Origin: a virus
Lineage: Duplodnaviria > Caudoviricetes
Virus record (IMG/VR): IMGVR_UViG_2934390892_000001
Span: 23,046 to 87,045 of that record
Direction: 5' to 3' (one strand)
DNA length: 64,000 nucleotides
A program made the position numbers and the translations under genes. Under the pieces are notes generated by a model. The model saw only the letters and a list, made by a program, of their open reading frames with translations. It was not told where the DNA came from and made no database searches. Position 1 is the first letter of the stretch. Each line of letters starts with the position of its first letter. This document shows, piece after piece, positions 27,599 through 36,500 of this stretch.

Positions 27599-28153
27599 AT
27601 GTCCGAAGCGACACCAGAAACCGACGTCGAGCAGCTGCTTGCCGAGGTCGGTTCCACGCCGGACCCGTCCACGTCCGATCCTCAGGCGCAGGAGCCCGAC
27701 ACGGGCGCCGCGTCGAAGGACTGGCAGGCCGAGGCCGCCAAATGGAAAAACCTGGCCAGAAAGCACGAGACCACGGCCAAGACCAACGCCGACGCTGCGA
27801 AGCGCCTCACCGAGATCGAGGACGCGCAGAAGAGCGAACAGCAGCGCCTCCAGGACCGTGCCACGGCCGCCGAGCAGCGGGCCCTCCAGCTTCAGTCGGC
27901 CAACGCCCGGCTGCTGGCCGCCACAACGCACGGCATCCCGGCGGACCTGATCGACCTGCTCGGCGACGGCGACGAGGAACTGATCAACGAGCGGGCTCGC
28001 CTGCTCGCGGAGAAGCTCGCCAGCGCAGTGCCAGCGCCAGTTCCAGCGAACCCATCGTCGACGCGGCCTGTGGAGTCGCTCAAGCCCGGCGCCGCACCGG
28101 CGGCGAACGAGCCAAATCCGGACGCATGGATCCGGCGTCTGGCGGGCCGCTAA
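27599..28153 (+). CDS. Capsid scaffolding protein
   Basis: DWQAEAAKWK..ARKHE..AK.N coiled coil before the capsid gene. Confidence 0.85.
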   Translation: MSEATPETDVEQLLAEVGSTPDPSTSDPQAQEPDTGAASKDWQAEAAKWKNLARKHETTAKTNADAAKRLTEIEDAQKSEQQRLQDRATAAEQRALQLQSANARLLAATTHGIPADLIDLLGDGDEELINERARLLAEKLASAVPAPVPANPSSTRPVESLKPGAAPAANEPNPDAWIRRLAGR

Positions 28154-28227
28154 CCACCCATCTCGCAGCAACCGGATTCCTTGCACGGGGCCCGGGGCCG
28201 CTGCACACCTGAAAGTGAGGTTGCCCC

Positions 28228-29172
28228 GTGCCCTACAACTCCATCATTTCCAGGGACTCCAGCAACGACCCGCTGGTCCCGACGCCGGTGTCGGCGCAGA
28301 TCATCCAGGAGATGCCGACGCGCTCGGTGATGCTGCAGCGCGCCCGGCAGGTCCGCATGTCCACCAAGACGCAGCGGCAGCCGGTCCTCGACGTCCTGCC
28401 GACGGCCTACTTCGTCAACGGCGACACCGGGCTCAAGCAGACCAGCGCCCAGGACTGGAAGAACGTCGAGCTCGTGGTGGAAGAGCTGGCCGTGATCGTG
28501 CCGATCCCGGAGGCGTACCTGGACGACGCCCAGGTGCCGATCTGGGATGAGGTCCGGCCGCGCATCGTGGAGGCGTTCGGCGTCGCGATCGACGCCGCCA
28601 CGCTGTTCGGCGTGTCGAAGCCGTCCACCTGGGGCAACCCGATCTACCAGTCCGCTGTTGCTGCGGGCAATGTCGTCACCGCGACCACCGACCTGGCGCT
28701 GAACGTCTCGCAACTCGGCGAGATGCTGGCCAAGGACGGCTTCCCGGTGGATGCGTTCGCTTCCCGTCCTGGCCTGAACTGGAAGCTGGTCGGTCAGCGT
28801 AATGCCGATGGTCTGCCGATCTACCAGCCGGACCTGCAGGGCCGTCCTGGCGGAACCCTGTACGGCTACCCGCTGAACGAGGTCGCCAACGGCGCCTGGA
28901 ACGCCACCGAGGCGGAGCTGATTGCGGGCGACTGGTCGAAGGCCATCATCGGTCTGCGCCAGGACATCACGTTCAAGATGTTCACCGAGGGAGTCATCAC
29001 CGACAACACTGGCGCCGTCCAGCTCAACCTCATGCAGCAGGACGCCGTCGCGTTGAGGGCCGTGATGCGGCTGGCTTACGCCACCGCAAACCCGATCACC
29101 GCGCTCAACGCCAACTCGGCGACTCGCTACCCGTTCGGCGTGCTCCGCGCCGCTTCGTACACCTACTCCTGA
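28228..29172 (+). CDS. Major capsid protein (HK97 fold)
   Basis: LVP....QIIQ...EELAVIVPIPE...L.GYP...GDWS...GLRQDIT...QQD.VALR. Confidence 0.92.
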   Translation: MPYNSIISRDSSNDPLVPTPVSAQIIQEMPTRSVMLQRARQVRMSTKTQRQPVLDVLPTAYFVNGDTGLKQTSAQDWKNVELVVEELAVIVPIPEAYLDDAQVPIWDEVRPRIVEAFGVAIDAATLFGVSKPSTWGNPIYQSAVAAGNVVTATTDLALNVSQLGEMLAKDGFPVDAFASRPGLNWKLVGQRNADGLPIYQPDLQGRPGGTLYGYPLNEVANGAWNATEAELIAGDWSKAIIGLRQDITFKMFTEGVITDNTGAVQLNLMQQDAVALRAVMRLAYATANPITALNANSATRYPFGVLRAASYTYS

Positions 29173-29180
29173 TCCCGCGC

Positions 29181-29208
29181 GCCCCGCCGGGGAGAGCCCT
29201 GGCGGGGC
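29181..29208 (+). terminator. Hairpin after the capsid gene
   Basis: GCCCCGCCGGGG-AGAG-CCCTGGCGGGGC. Confidence 0.6.
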
Positions 29209-29223
29209 ATCTTGGAGGCCCTC

Positions 29224-30222
29224 GTGCGTGTCCTGGCCATGCTTCACCTGTATCCGCCGACCGGGAACGCCGGCGCCGAGTGGGCGGTGCACACGCTGCT
29301 CGCCGCGCTCGTCCATGCGGGCCACGAGGTGGACGTGCTGCTCATCGAAGAGTCCGCGATCGGTGAGCCGTACACGCTGGACGGGGTGCGAGTGCACCCC
29401 AGGCGCGGCAAGGGCGACCCGTTCGAGTGGCTGCTGTCCGACCATCCGCCGCACGTGATCGTCACCCATCTGATGAACACGCCGCGGGCGACGGTGCTCG
29501 GCGAGATGTACAACATCCCGGTCGTGCACGTGCTCCACAACGACCACGACAACGAACGCTCCTGGCTGCAGCGAGGCCCGGCGCTGGTCGTCTACAACTC
29601 CGACTGGGTGCGGGAAAGCTGTCTGTCCTGGTGGGACGACACCCGGTTGGGGCCGCCACCGAACGGTGTCGTGGTGCGCCCGCCGGTGATCCCCTCGCAC
29701 TACGAAACAACCCCTGGTGACCGCGTCACGCTGATCAACATGTGCGCCAAGAAGGGCTCCGACCTGTTCTGGGAGGTCGCCCGGCGCATGCCGGACGTCC
29801 GATTCCTCGCCGTCAAGGGCGCCTACGGTCAGCAGATCATCGAGGACCTGCCCAACGTCGACGTTCAGGCGTGCGTCCCCGGCGACCAGATGCGGGACAC
29901 GGTGTACGCCCGAACCAAGATCCTGCTGGTCCCGTCCGAGTACGAATCGTGGGGGCGCGTCGCGGTCGAAGCCATGGTGTCCGGCATCCCGGTCATCGCA
30001 CACCCCACGCCCGGCCTGCAGGAGTCGCTCGGCAACGCTGGGCTGTTCGCGGACCGGGACAACCCGGACGCGTGGGTGACGGAAATCCGCCGGCTCCGCA
30101 AGCTCCCTGTGTGGAAGGCCGCCTCCAAGCGGGCCAAGGTCCGCGCCGCCGAGCTCGACCCAACCCCTGACCTTCAGACGTGGGTGGAAGCTGTCGAGGC
30201 GACCGCCCGCGTGATTGCGTGA
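29224..30222 (+). CDS. GT-B fold (GT4-like) glycosyltransferase
   Basis: YPP..NAGAE...GHEVDV...PSEYESWGRVAVEAMVSGIPVIA (ExxGxxxxEA). Confidence 0.9.
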   Translation: MRVLAMLHLYPPTGNAGAEWAVHTLLAALVHAGHEVDVLLIEESAIGEPYTLDGVRVHPRRGKGDPFEWLLSDHPPHVIVTHLMNTPRATVLGEMYNIPVVHVLHNDHDNERSWLQRGPALVVYNSDWVRESCLSWWDDTRLGPPPNGVVVRPPVIPSHYETTPGDRVTLINMCAKKGSDLFWEVARRMPDVRFLAVKGAYGQQIIEDLPNVDVQACVPGDQMRDTVYARTKILLVPSEYESWGRVAVEAMVSGIPVIAHPTPGLQESLGNAGLFADRDNPDAWVTEIRRLRKLPVWKAASKRAKVRAAELDPTPDLQTWVEAVEATARVIA

Positions 30223-30232
30223 GGAGGCAACC

Positions 30233-30862
30233 GTGACCGCTCTGGCGTGCGTCTCCGACGTGGAAACCCGTCTCGGGCGGACCTTCACAGGAGACGAAGC
30301 CGGGCGGGTAGCGGTCCTGCTCAACGATGCGTCCGCCCTGATCCAGTCCTACACGCGGCAGAGCTTCAGCCCTCCCACGTCGGACACAATCCTGCTGCGC
30401 GAGTCCGCCGGCGTGGTGCGACTGCCGAAACGGCCCGTCACCGCGGTCACGTCCGTCGTCCTGGTAGGCATCAACGGCATCCCCGACATCACCGTGGTCG
30501 GATGGGGCTGGGACGGCCTGGACGTGGTCGACGTGTCTGGCTGGGACAGCGTCATGGTCAATCTCCCCGAAGCAGTGCAAGACCGGTCCTGGCTGCCCGC
30601 CACGTACCGGGTCACCTACACGCACGGCTACACCGCGGTTCCCGCCGGCATCGTGGCGCTGGTGTGCGCCATGGTGGGCCGCACCATGGCCGCACCGTCC
30701 GCAGTGTCCGGGGTGACGTCGGAAACGATCGGCTCCTACTCATACCGGACCGCCGAGCCGGGCATGGGCGTCACCGTGGCCCTGACCGCCGCCGACAAGG
30801 CGTTCCTGGACGACGCGGGGTACCGGCCCAAAGCGGCCACAACGCAGGTACGGCTCCGATGA
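30233..30862 (+). CDS. Head-tail adaptor
   Basis: LA.VSDVETRLGR...LL.DASALI...VTYTHGY...SETIGSYSY. Confidence 0.8.
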   Translation: MTALACVSDVETRLGRTFTGDEAGRVAVLLNDASALIQSYTRQSFSPPTSDTILLRESAGVVRLPKRPVTAVTSVVLVGINGIPDITVVGWGWDGLDVVDVSGWDSVMVNLPEAVQDRSWLPATYRVTYTHGYTAVPAGIVALVCAMVGRTMAAPSAVSGVTSETIGSYSYRTAEPGMGVTVALTAADKAFLDDAGYRPKAATTQVRLR

Positions 30863-31197
30863 TCCCGCCCAGATTGCTGCCGCTCACCGTCACCAAGGTG
30901 CGGCCGGCGCAGACCACGGACCGGTACGGCAGCCCCGTCTACGACTACGGGGCCGCAGCCTCCCGCACGTCCATCGCGGCGTGGATCGACCAAGACTCAG
31001 CCTCCGAGGACACCCCGAACGGGCGTGACCTGATCATCGGCGGCTGGAAGCTCATCACCAACCACACCGACCTCGACCCGCTCGACCGCATCGAATGGGC
31101 CGACAGCGTCTACGAACTCGACGGCCCCGCCTGGCCCGTCTACACCCCGGCCGGGCTTCACCACCTGGAAGCCAAGCTGCGCAGAGTGGAGGGCTGA
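30859..31197 (+). CDS. Head-tail stopper / head closure protein
   Basis: DRYG.P..D...DRIEW...YELDG...HHLEA.LRRVEG. Confidence 0.8.
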   Translation: MIPPRLLPLTVTKVRPAQTTDRYGSPVYDYGAAASRTSIAAWIDQDSASEDTPNGRDLIIGGWKLITNHTDLDPLDRIEWADSVYELDGPAWPVYTPAGLHHLEAKLRRVEG

Positions 31198-31475
31198 TGG
31201 CGAACGTCCGCGTGATTCTCAACCGCTCCGGCATGCGGGAGATGCTCCGCTCCAAGGAAGTGGAGCGAGACCTGCTGCGCCGCGGCAAGCAGGTCGCCGC
31301 CACCGCCGAGGCGATCGGCCATCCGCCGCACGAGGGCGACGTCGACTACTACGCCGTAGCATCCAGGGGCTCGACGAGAGCGCGGTGCGTCATCGTCGCC
31401 GACCACCCTGGCGCTCTCGGCCAGGAGCAGGAGTACCGCACGCTCGGCACGGCGATCGACGCCGCGAGGCTCTAA
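31197..31475 (+). CDS. Neck / tail completion protein
   Basis: LNRSGMREMLRS.EV; synteny. Confidence 0.7.
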   Translation: MANVRVILNRSGMREMLRSKEVERDLLRRGKQVAATAEAIGHPPHEGDVDYYAVASRGSTRARCVIVADHPGALGQEQEYRTLGTAIDAARL

Positions 31476-31846
31476 TGATCTCCTATCCGGACGCCGAAGA
31501 CCTGCTCATCGGCTACCTGCAGCCGATCGTCGGCGTGCCCGTCAGCATCCGCGTGCCCCGCGAGCGCCCCGCGGCCTGGCTGCAGGTCCGGCGCAGCGGC
31601 GGCGTTGACGACGTTGTCCGCGACAAGCCCCGCCTGGACGTGTTCGCGTGGGCGCACGACGACGGAGCCACCCGCGACTTGCTGACGACAGCCCGATCCG
31701 CCATCCACGCCCTCGCTGGCACGACCCTGCTCGGGCCCGCCTGCTACGGCGTGGAGGAGTTCCTCGGCCCGACCCGGGCTGACGACCGCGAAACCGGCAC
31801 ACCACGCATGTGGATGACCGTGCAGCTCAGCCTGCGCACCAGCTAG
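31475..31846 (+). CDS. Tail terminator protein
   Basis: PDAE.LLI.YL...VP.ERP...VRR.GG...RLDV.AWA. Confidence 0.8.
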   Translation: MISYPDAEDLLIGYLQPIVGVPVSIRVPRERPAAWLQVRRSGGVDDVVRDKPRLDVFAWAHDDGATRDLLTTARSAIHALAGTTLLGPACYGVEEFLGPTRADDRETGTPRMWMTVQLSLRTS

Positions 31847-31914
31847 ACCCGCGCATCCATCCCCTGATCCGGCCATCCGCGCCGGTGTTTCTGCTGCTCA
31901 CCGAAGGGTTGATC

Positions 31915-32466
31915 ATGACGCTTGACGCACAGAAGGTGCGCGTTGCCGTCACAGGCGCGGTTTACGCTGGCCCGACCTCCTCCACCGCTCCCACGTCGGC
32001 CGTCTCGACCGTCCCGGCCGGGTACAACGACCTCGGCTACATCTCCGAAGACGGTGTCACTGAGGCTTATGACGAGGATGTCCAGGACATTCAGGCGTGG
32101 CAGGGCGGCGCGATCGTCCGCACGCTGATCTCTTCATCGAAGGCGTCGCTGTCCTTCACGATGATCGAGTCGAAGGCCAGCACCCTGGAGCTGTACCACA
32201 AGGGCTCCACAATGGAGGCCGTCAGCGGTGGCTACAAGATCGACGTGAAGCTGCCAAACGTCGTCCGCAAGAAGTTCATCCTCGATGTCCTGGATGGCTC
32301 CACGCATCTGCGTATCTACGTGCCGGACGGCGAGGTTACCGAACGCGGCGAGATCACCTACGTCAACGACGAGACCATCTCGTACAACGTGACGATCACC
32401 TGCTACCCGGTCAACGACGTCGTGCTGACCAAGTTCAGCGACGACGCCTACTGGGGCTACAGCTAG
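31915..32466 (+). CDS. Major tail protein
   Basis: VRVAVTGAVY.GP...LGYISEDGVT...AWQGG..VR...GEVTERGEI.Y. Confidence 0.9.
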   Translation: MTLDAQKVRVAVTGAVYAGPTSSTAPTSAVSTVPAGYNDLGYISEDGVTEAYDEDVQDIQAWQGGAIVRTLISSSKASLSFTMIESKASTLELYHKGSTMEAVSGGYKIDVKLPNVVRKKFILDVLDGSTHLRIYVPDGEVTERGEITYVNDETISYNVTITCYPVNDVVLTKFSDDAYWGYS

Positions 32467-32485
32467 CCCCCGTCTTTCTAGAGCC

Positions 32486-32567
32486 CCGGGGTGGGCGCGA
32501 ATCGCGCGGGTCCGCGCCCACCCCGGTATCACCCATGCACCCGCGCGCCATCACGAAGGACCCGCGC
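32486..32567 (+). promoter_or_regulatory. 14-bp hairpin whose loop is complementary to the RBS-adjacent GGACCCGCGC
   Basis: Arms 32486-32499 and 32513-32526; GCGCGGGTCC(32504) pairs with 32558-32567. Confidence 0.6.
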
Positions 32568-32568
32568 T

Positions 32569-32820
32569 ATGGAAGCACCTCGCGGTGCCGTCATCGAGAT
32601 CGTCGAGAAGCGGCACAGCAAATCATCACCGCCCGGCGGGGACGTCATCATCCCCAACGAGATCCGCATCAACGGACAGCCGGTGTTGGCGCCGAAGGAT
32701 CACCCGGTAAAAGTCCACGAAATCGCAATCCAGGGCGACGATGTCGTGCTCGTCACGCTGACGCTGTTCGCGCGTCGAGTCCTCATCGCCCCTGAAGAGC
32801 CTGAGGAGACCCGCGCATGA
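32569..32820 (+). CDS. Small hypothetical protein between the major tail and chaperone genes
   Basis: GAAGGA RBS; IIPNEIRINGQP...VTLTLFARRV. Confidence 0.7.
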   Translation: MEAPRGAVIEIVEKRHSKSSPPGGDVIIPNEIRINGQPVLAPKDHPVKVHEIAIQGDDVVLVTLTLFARRVLIAPEEPEETRA

Positions 32821-33140
32821 CCACGAGAACCCCCCGCGCTGTCAAGGCGACGAAGCCGACCACGGCGTTCGACCTGGATGCCGTCGAAGCCGAGGCGGCA
32901 GGCGAACGGTTCGAGTTCATCTTCGGCGGACGTACCTACAGCCTCCCGCACCTGCACGACATCGACCGGAGCCTGCTCAACGCCGCCGACCAGGGCGACG
33001 TGGCAGCCATGATCGAGGCGTTTCGGTCGGGCCTGGGCGACGACTACGAAGAGTTCAACCGTGCGCCGATGAAGCTGCGCTCCCTCAACGCCTTGTTCGC
33101 CGCGTGGACGGAGCACTCCGGCCTGAAGCCGGGGGAATAG
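32817..33140 (+). CDS. Tail assembly chaperone (G)
   Basis: Position; ends GLKPGE at the slippery GGGGGAA. Confidence 0.85.
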   Translation: MTTRTPRAVKATKPTTAFDLDAVEAEAAGERFEFIFGGRTYSLPHLHDIDRSLLNAADQGDVAAMIEAFRSGLGDDYEEFNRAPMKLRSLNALFAAWTEHSGLKPGE

Positions 33141-33532
33141 CAGGCCTCCACGCGCTCCTAGCAGAGCACGGGGAGGCGATCGAGTGGGATCTGTCCCACT
33201 ATCACCATCGCGAACTCGGAGAGCTGTTCACCGGCACGCTGACGTGGCGCAAACTCCGCAGCTTCCTGTCCCACCTGCCGCGAGAGTCGGCGCTGGCCCG
33301 GAAGTTGCTCGGCGAGGACGCTCCGTGGGGCCTGAATGAGCAGCTCCTGGCGATGACCATCGACGTGCTGCGGCAAGGCAACTGGCAGCGCGGCGGCGGC
33401 AAGGGCGCCAAACCCAAGCCCCTGCCGAGGCCTGGCGCGCCCAGGGGTTCGGAGACGCGGCACGGACGCACCGACCGCGACCCCGATCAGGTCATCGCCT
33501 ATCTGGACCGGTTCCGACCGCAATCCGCCTGA
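33131..33532 (+). CDS. Tail assembly chaperone frameshift extension (GT, -1 frame)
   Basis: GGGGGAA at 33131-33137; -1 frame reads AIEWDL...LTWRKL...LPRES...PKPLPRPG. Confidence 0.85.
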   Translation, partial: GGIAGLHALLAEHGEAIEWDLSHYHHRELGELFTGTLTWRKLRSFLSHLPRESALARKLLGEDAPWGLNEQLLAMTIDVLRQGNWQRGGGKGAKPKPLPRPGAPRGSETRHGRTDRDPDQVIAYLDRFRPQSA

Positions 33533-33556
33533 CTCAACCACGCTCGGGGGTGAGGC

Positions 33557-36500
33557 ATGGCGGCCGAGGTCGGCTCCGCGTACGTCACGATCCTGCCCAG
33601 CGCCCGTGGTTTCCGCAGGGCGCTGGAGAAGGAACTCGACACCCCGATCCGAGACTCGGGACAGAAGGCAGGCAAGTCCCTCGGCGACGCCATCTCCAAG
33701 GAAGGCGGACCGGCCGGAGACCGGTTCGGCAAGAACTTCACCCGATCGCTGATCCCCAGCCTGAACGGCGCCACGGCGGCGGTCGGCAGGTTCGGCGTCA
33801 CTATGACGGCGGCGCTGCTGCCGAGCCTTGGCCAGGTCACGGCGGGCATCGCGAAAATCGGTGCCGGGGCGGGGGCGTTCTCGCTCCTCGCCGCTGGCGC
33901 CGGTACGGCGGCCGTACAGGTGGCAGGGCTCGTGGCGGCTCTCGCTCCTGCTGCTGGGGCGTTGGCGGCGCTCCCCGGTGCGGGCCTGCTGGCGGCGGGC
34001 GCTCTCGGCACGCTCAAGCTTGCGCTTTCGGGTGTTGCTGAGGGCTTCGCCGCGGCAATCTCGGGCGACTTCGACAAGTTCATGGAGGGCACCAAGGGCC
34101 TGTCCGCCGCCGCGGGCGAGGTCGCCTACGAGCTTTTCCAGATGGCGCCGGCCTTCCAGGGCGTCAAGGAAGCCGTCCAGAACGCCGTCTTCGGCCCGCT
34201 GGTCGGGCAGATGTGGTCGCTGCTGCCCGCCATCAACGCGGTCACGGCGGGCATGGTCGGCGTGGCCACGCAGTTCGGCAACGCCGCCCTGCAGATCGTC
34301 GACTTCGTCCGCTCCGCGGAGACGATCGCAGCCGTCCAGTCCGTCTTCGAGTCGTTGCGCACGTCGATCGCGGCGATGCTGCCCGCGCTACGGCCGCTGC
34401 TGGACGGGTTCCGGGATCTCGGCGTCGTCGGCGCGCAGTGGCTGTCCGGTCTCACGCCCGGCATCGCTGACGCCGTCGCGCGTTTCGGCGAGTTCCTTTC
34501 CAGCGCCGCCGCCTCCGGCAAGGCGCTGGCGTGGATGGACGGCGCGCTCGTCGTCTTCAAGCAGCTCGGCGCCATCCTCCAAGATCTCGGCGGGATTGTC
34601 TCCGGCGTCTTCGGCGCCATGGCATCCGCTGGCACGGGCGCGCTCGGCGTGCTGGGCCAGCTGCTGGACGCGGCGAACGCATGGGTGAACTCCGCCAGCG
34701 GCCAGCAGGCGCTGGTGGCCATCTTCCAGTCGCTGGCCCAAGCCGGCAAGGCGCTGGTGCCGGTCATCACCGCGATCGCGACCGGGATAGGTGCGCTGGC
34801 GCCGTTCGTCGCCGACCTGGCGACCGCGTTCGGGCCGATCCTCACCACGGCGATCCAGGCGATCGTGCCTGCCCTGGCCGCGATCGCGCCCAGCATCGTC
34901 ACCGTCATCAACGGGCTCGGCGGCGCCGTGCAGGCGCTCGCTCCTGCCCTGCTGCCGCTCGGGCAGACGATTTCCGGCCTGTTCCAGACGGTCGCGCCGG
35001 TGTTCGCCCAGATCGGTCAGGCCGCCGCAGCACTGCTGCCCGGCATCCAGGCCGTCGTCCAGGGCGTCGGCGGGGCTATCGCCGCGCTCGGGCCGGCGCT
35101 GGTTCCGATCGCGCAGGGCATCTCTGCCGCCTTCGGCGCGGTCGGCCCGGTCGTCGCCCAGTTCGGTCAGGTGCTCGGCGGTGTCGTGACCGCCGTCGCC
35201 CCTCTGCTGCCCGTCGTCGGGGAGCTGGCGGCGACGGTCGGTGGCACCTTCCTGTCCGCGGTGTCCGCCCTGACGCCGATGCTGGGCCCGCTCGTTTCCG
35301 CGGTCGGCCAGGTGGCTGTCGTCATGTCGCCGCTGATCGCCCAGGTGGGTCAGCTCGCCGCCATGCTGCTGTCCGGGCTGCTAGCCGCAATCACCCCGTT
35401 GTTGCCTGCCCTTTCGCAGGTTGCCGCTGCCCTGAGCGGAGCCCTGCTCGGTGCGGTCGGGCAGATCGGCGCCGCGTTGCTGCCGCTCGTGCCCATCGTC
35501 GCGAACCTGGCCGCCACACTCGGCACCACCCTGGCGGGCGCGATCTCCACGCTGGCGCCGCTCGTCACGCCGATCGTGGCCGCGGTCGGCCAGTTCGTCG
35601 CCGCGGTCACGCCGCTGCTCGGGCAGGTCCTCCAGCTCGCGTCTGCAATCCTGTCGGCGCTGTTGCCTGCCTTGACTCCGCTGATCGGGACGTTCCAGCA
35701 GGTCGTCACCGTGCTCGGCGGGGCCCTGATCCAGGGGTTCACCACACTGGTGAACGCGATCGCGCCTCTGCTGCCGGTCCTCGCCCAGCTGGTGCAGACG
35801 CTGGTAGGGGCGCTTCTGCCAGCGATCACGCCGCTGATTCCGATCGTCGCGCAGATCGCGGCGACGCTCGGCGGCGCGTTCGTTCAGGCGATCAGCATCA
35901 TCGTGCAGGCTGTCACGCCACTCATCCAGGTGCTCGGACAGGCCTACCAGCTCATCGGCCAGCAGCTGCTGGCGGCGGTCCAGTCGATCGTCCCGTACGT
36001 CTCCCAGTTCGCTCAGGCGATCGCCGGGCTGGCGCCGATCCTGGGTCAACTGGTCACCGCCGCGCTGCCCATCATGGTGCAACTGATCCAGATGTTGGCG
36101 CCGATCGTGGGCCAACTGGTGACGGCGTTCGGAACGTTGTTGCAGGCGCTCGCGCCTCTGCTGCCGATCGTGGTGCAGATCGCCGGAGTGATCGGGCAGA
36201 CGCTGCTGTCGGTCATCTCCAGCCTGCTGCAGGCGGTCACACCGCTGCTGGGTCCGCTCGGCGAGTTGGCGGTGACGATCGGGCAGGTCCTGCTGAAAGC
36301 GGTTCAGGCGGTCGCACCATTCGTGGTGGCGCTGGCGAAGTCGATCGCCCAGCTCGTGCCGGTGTTCGTGCCGTTGATTGAGCTTGCGACGCAGATCGCA
36401 GCCCAACTGGGCGGCATCCTCGTGCAGGCCATCACGACCCTGGTCACGGCACTGACACCGGTCCTGCCGGTGATCGTCGAACTGGCGTCGCAGATCGGCA

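Noticed and set aside
28150-30324. 724-aa antisense ORF and other long shadow ORFs (e.g. 25367-26968, 34531-36381)
   Set aside because: Expected by-products of high-GC codon bias opposite or overlapping clear phage genes; no motifs
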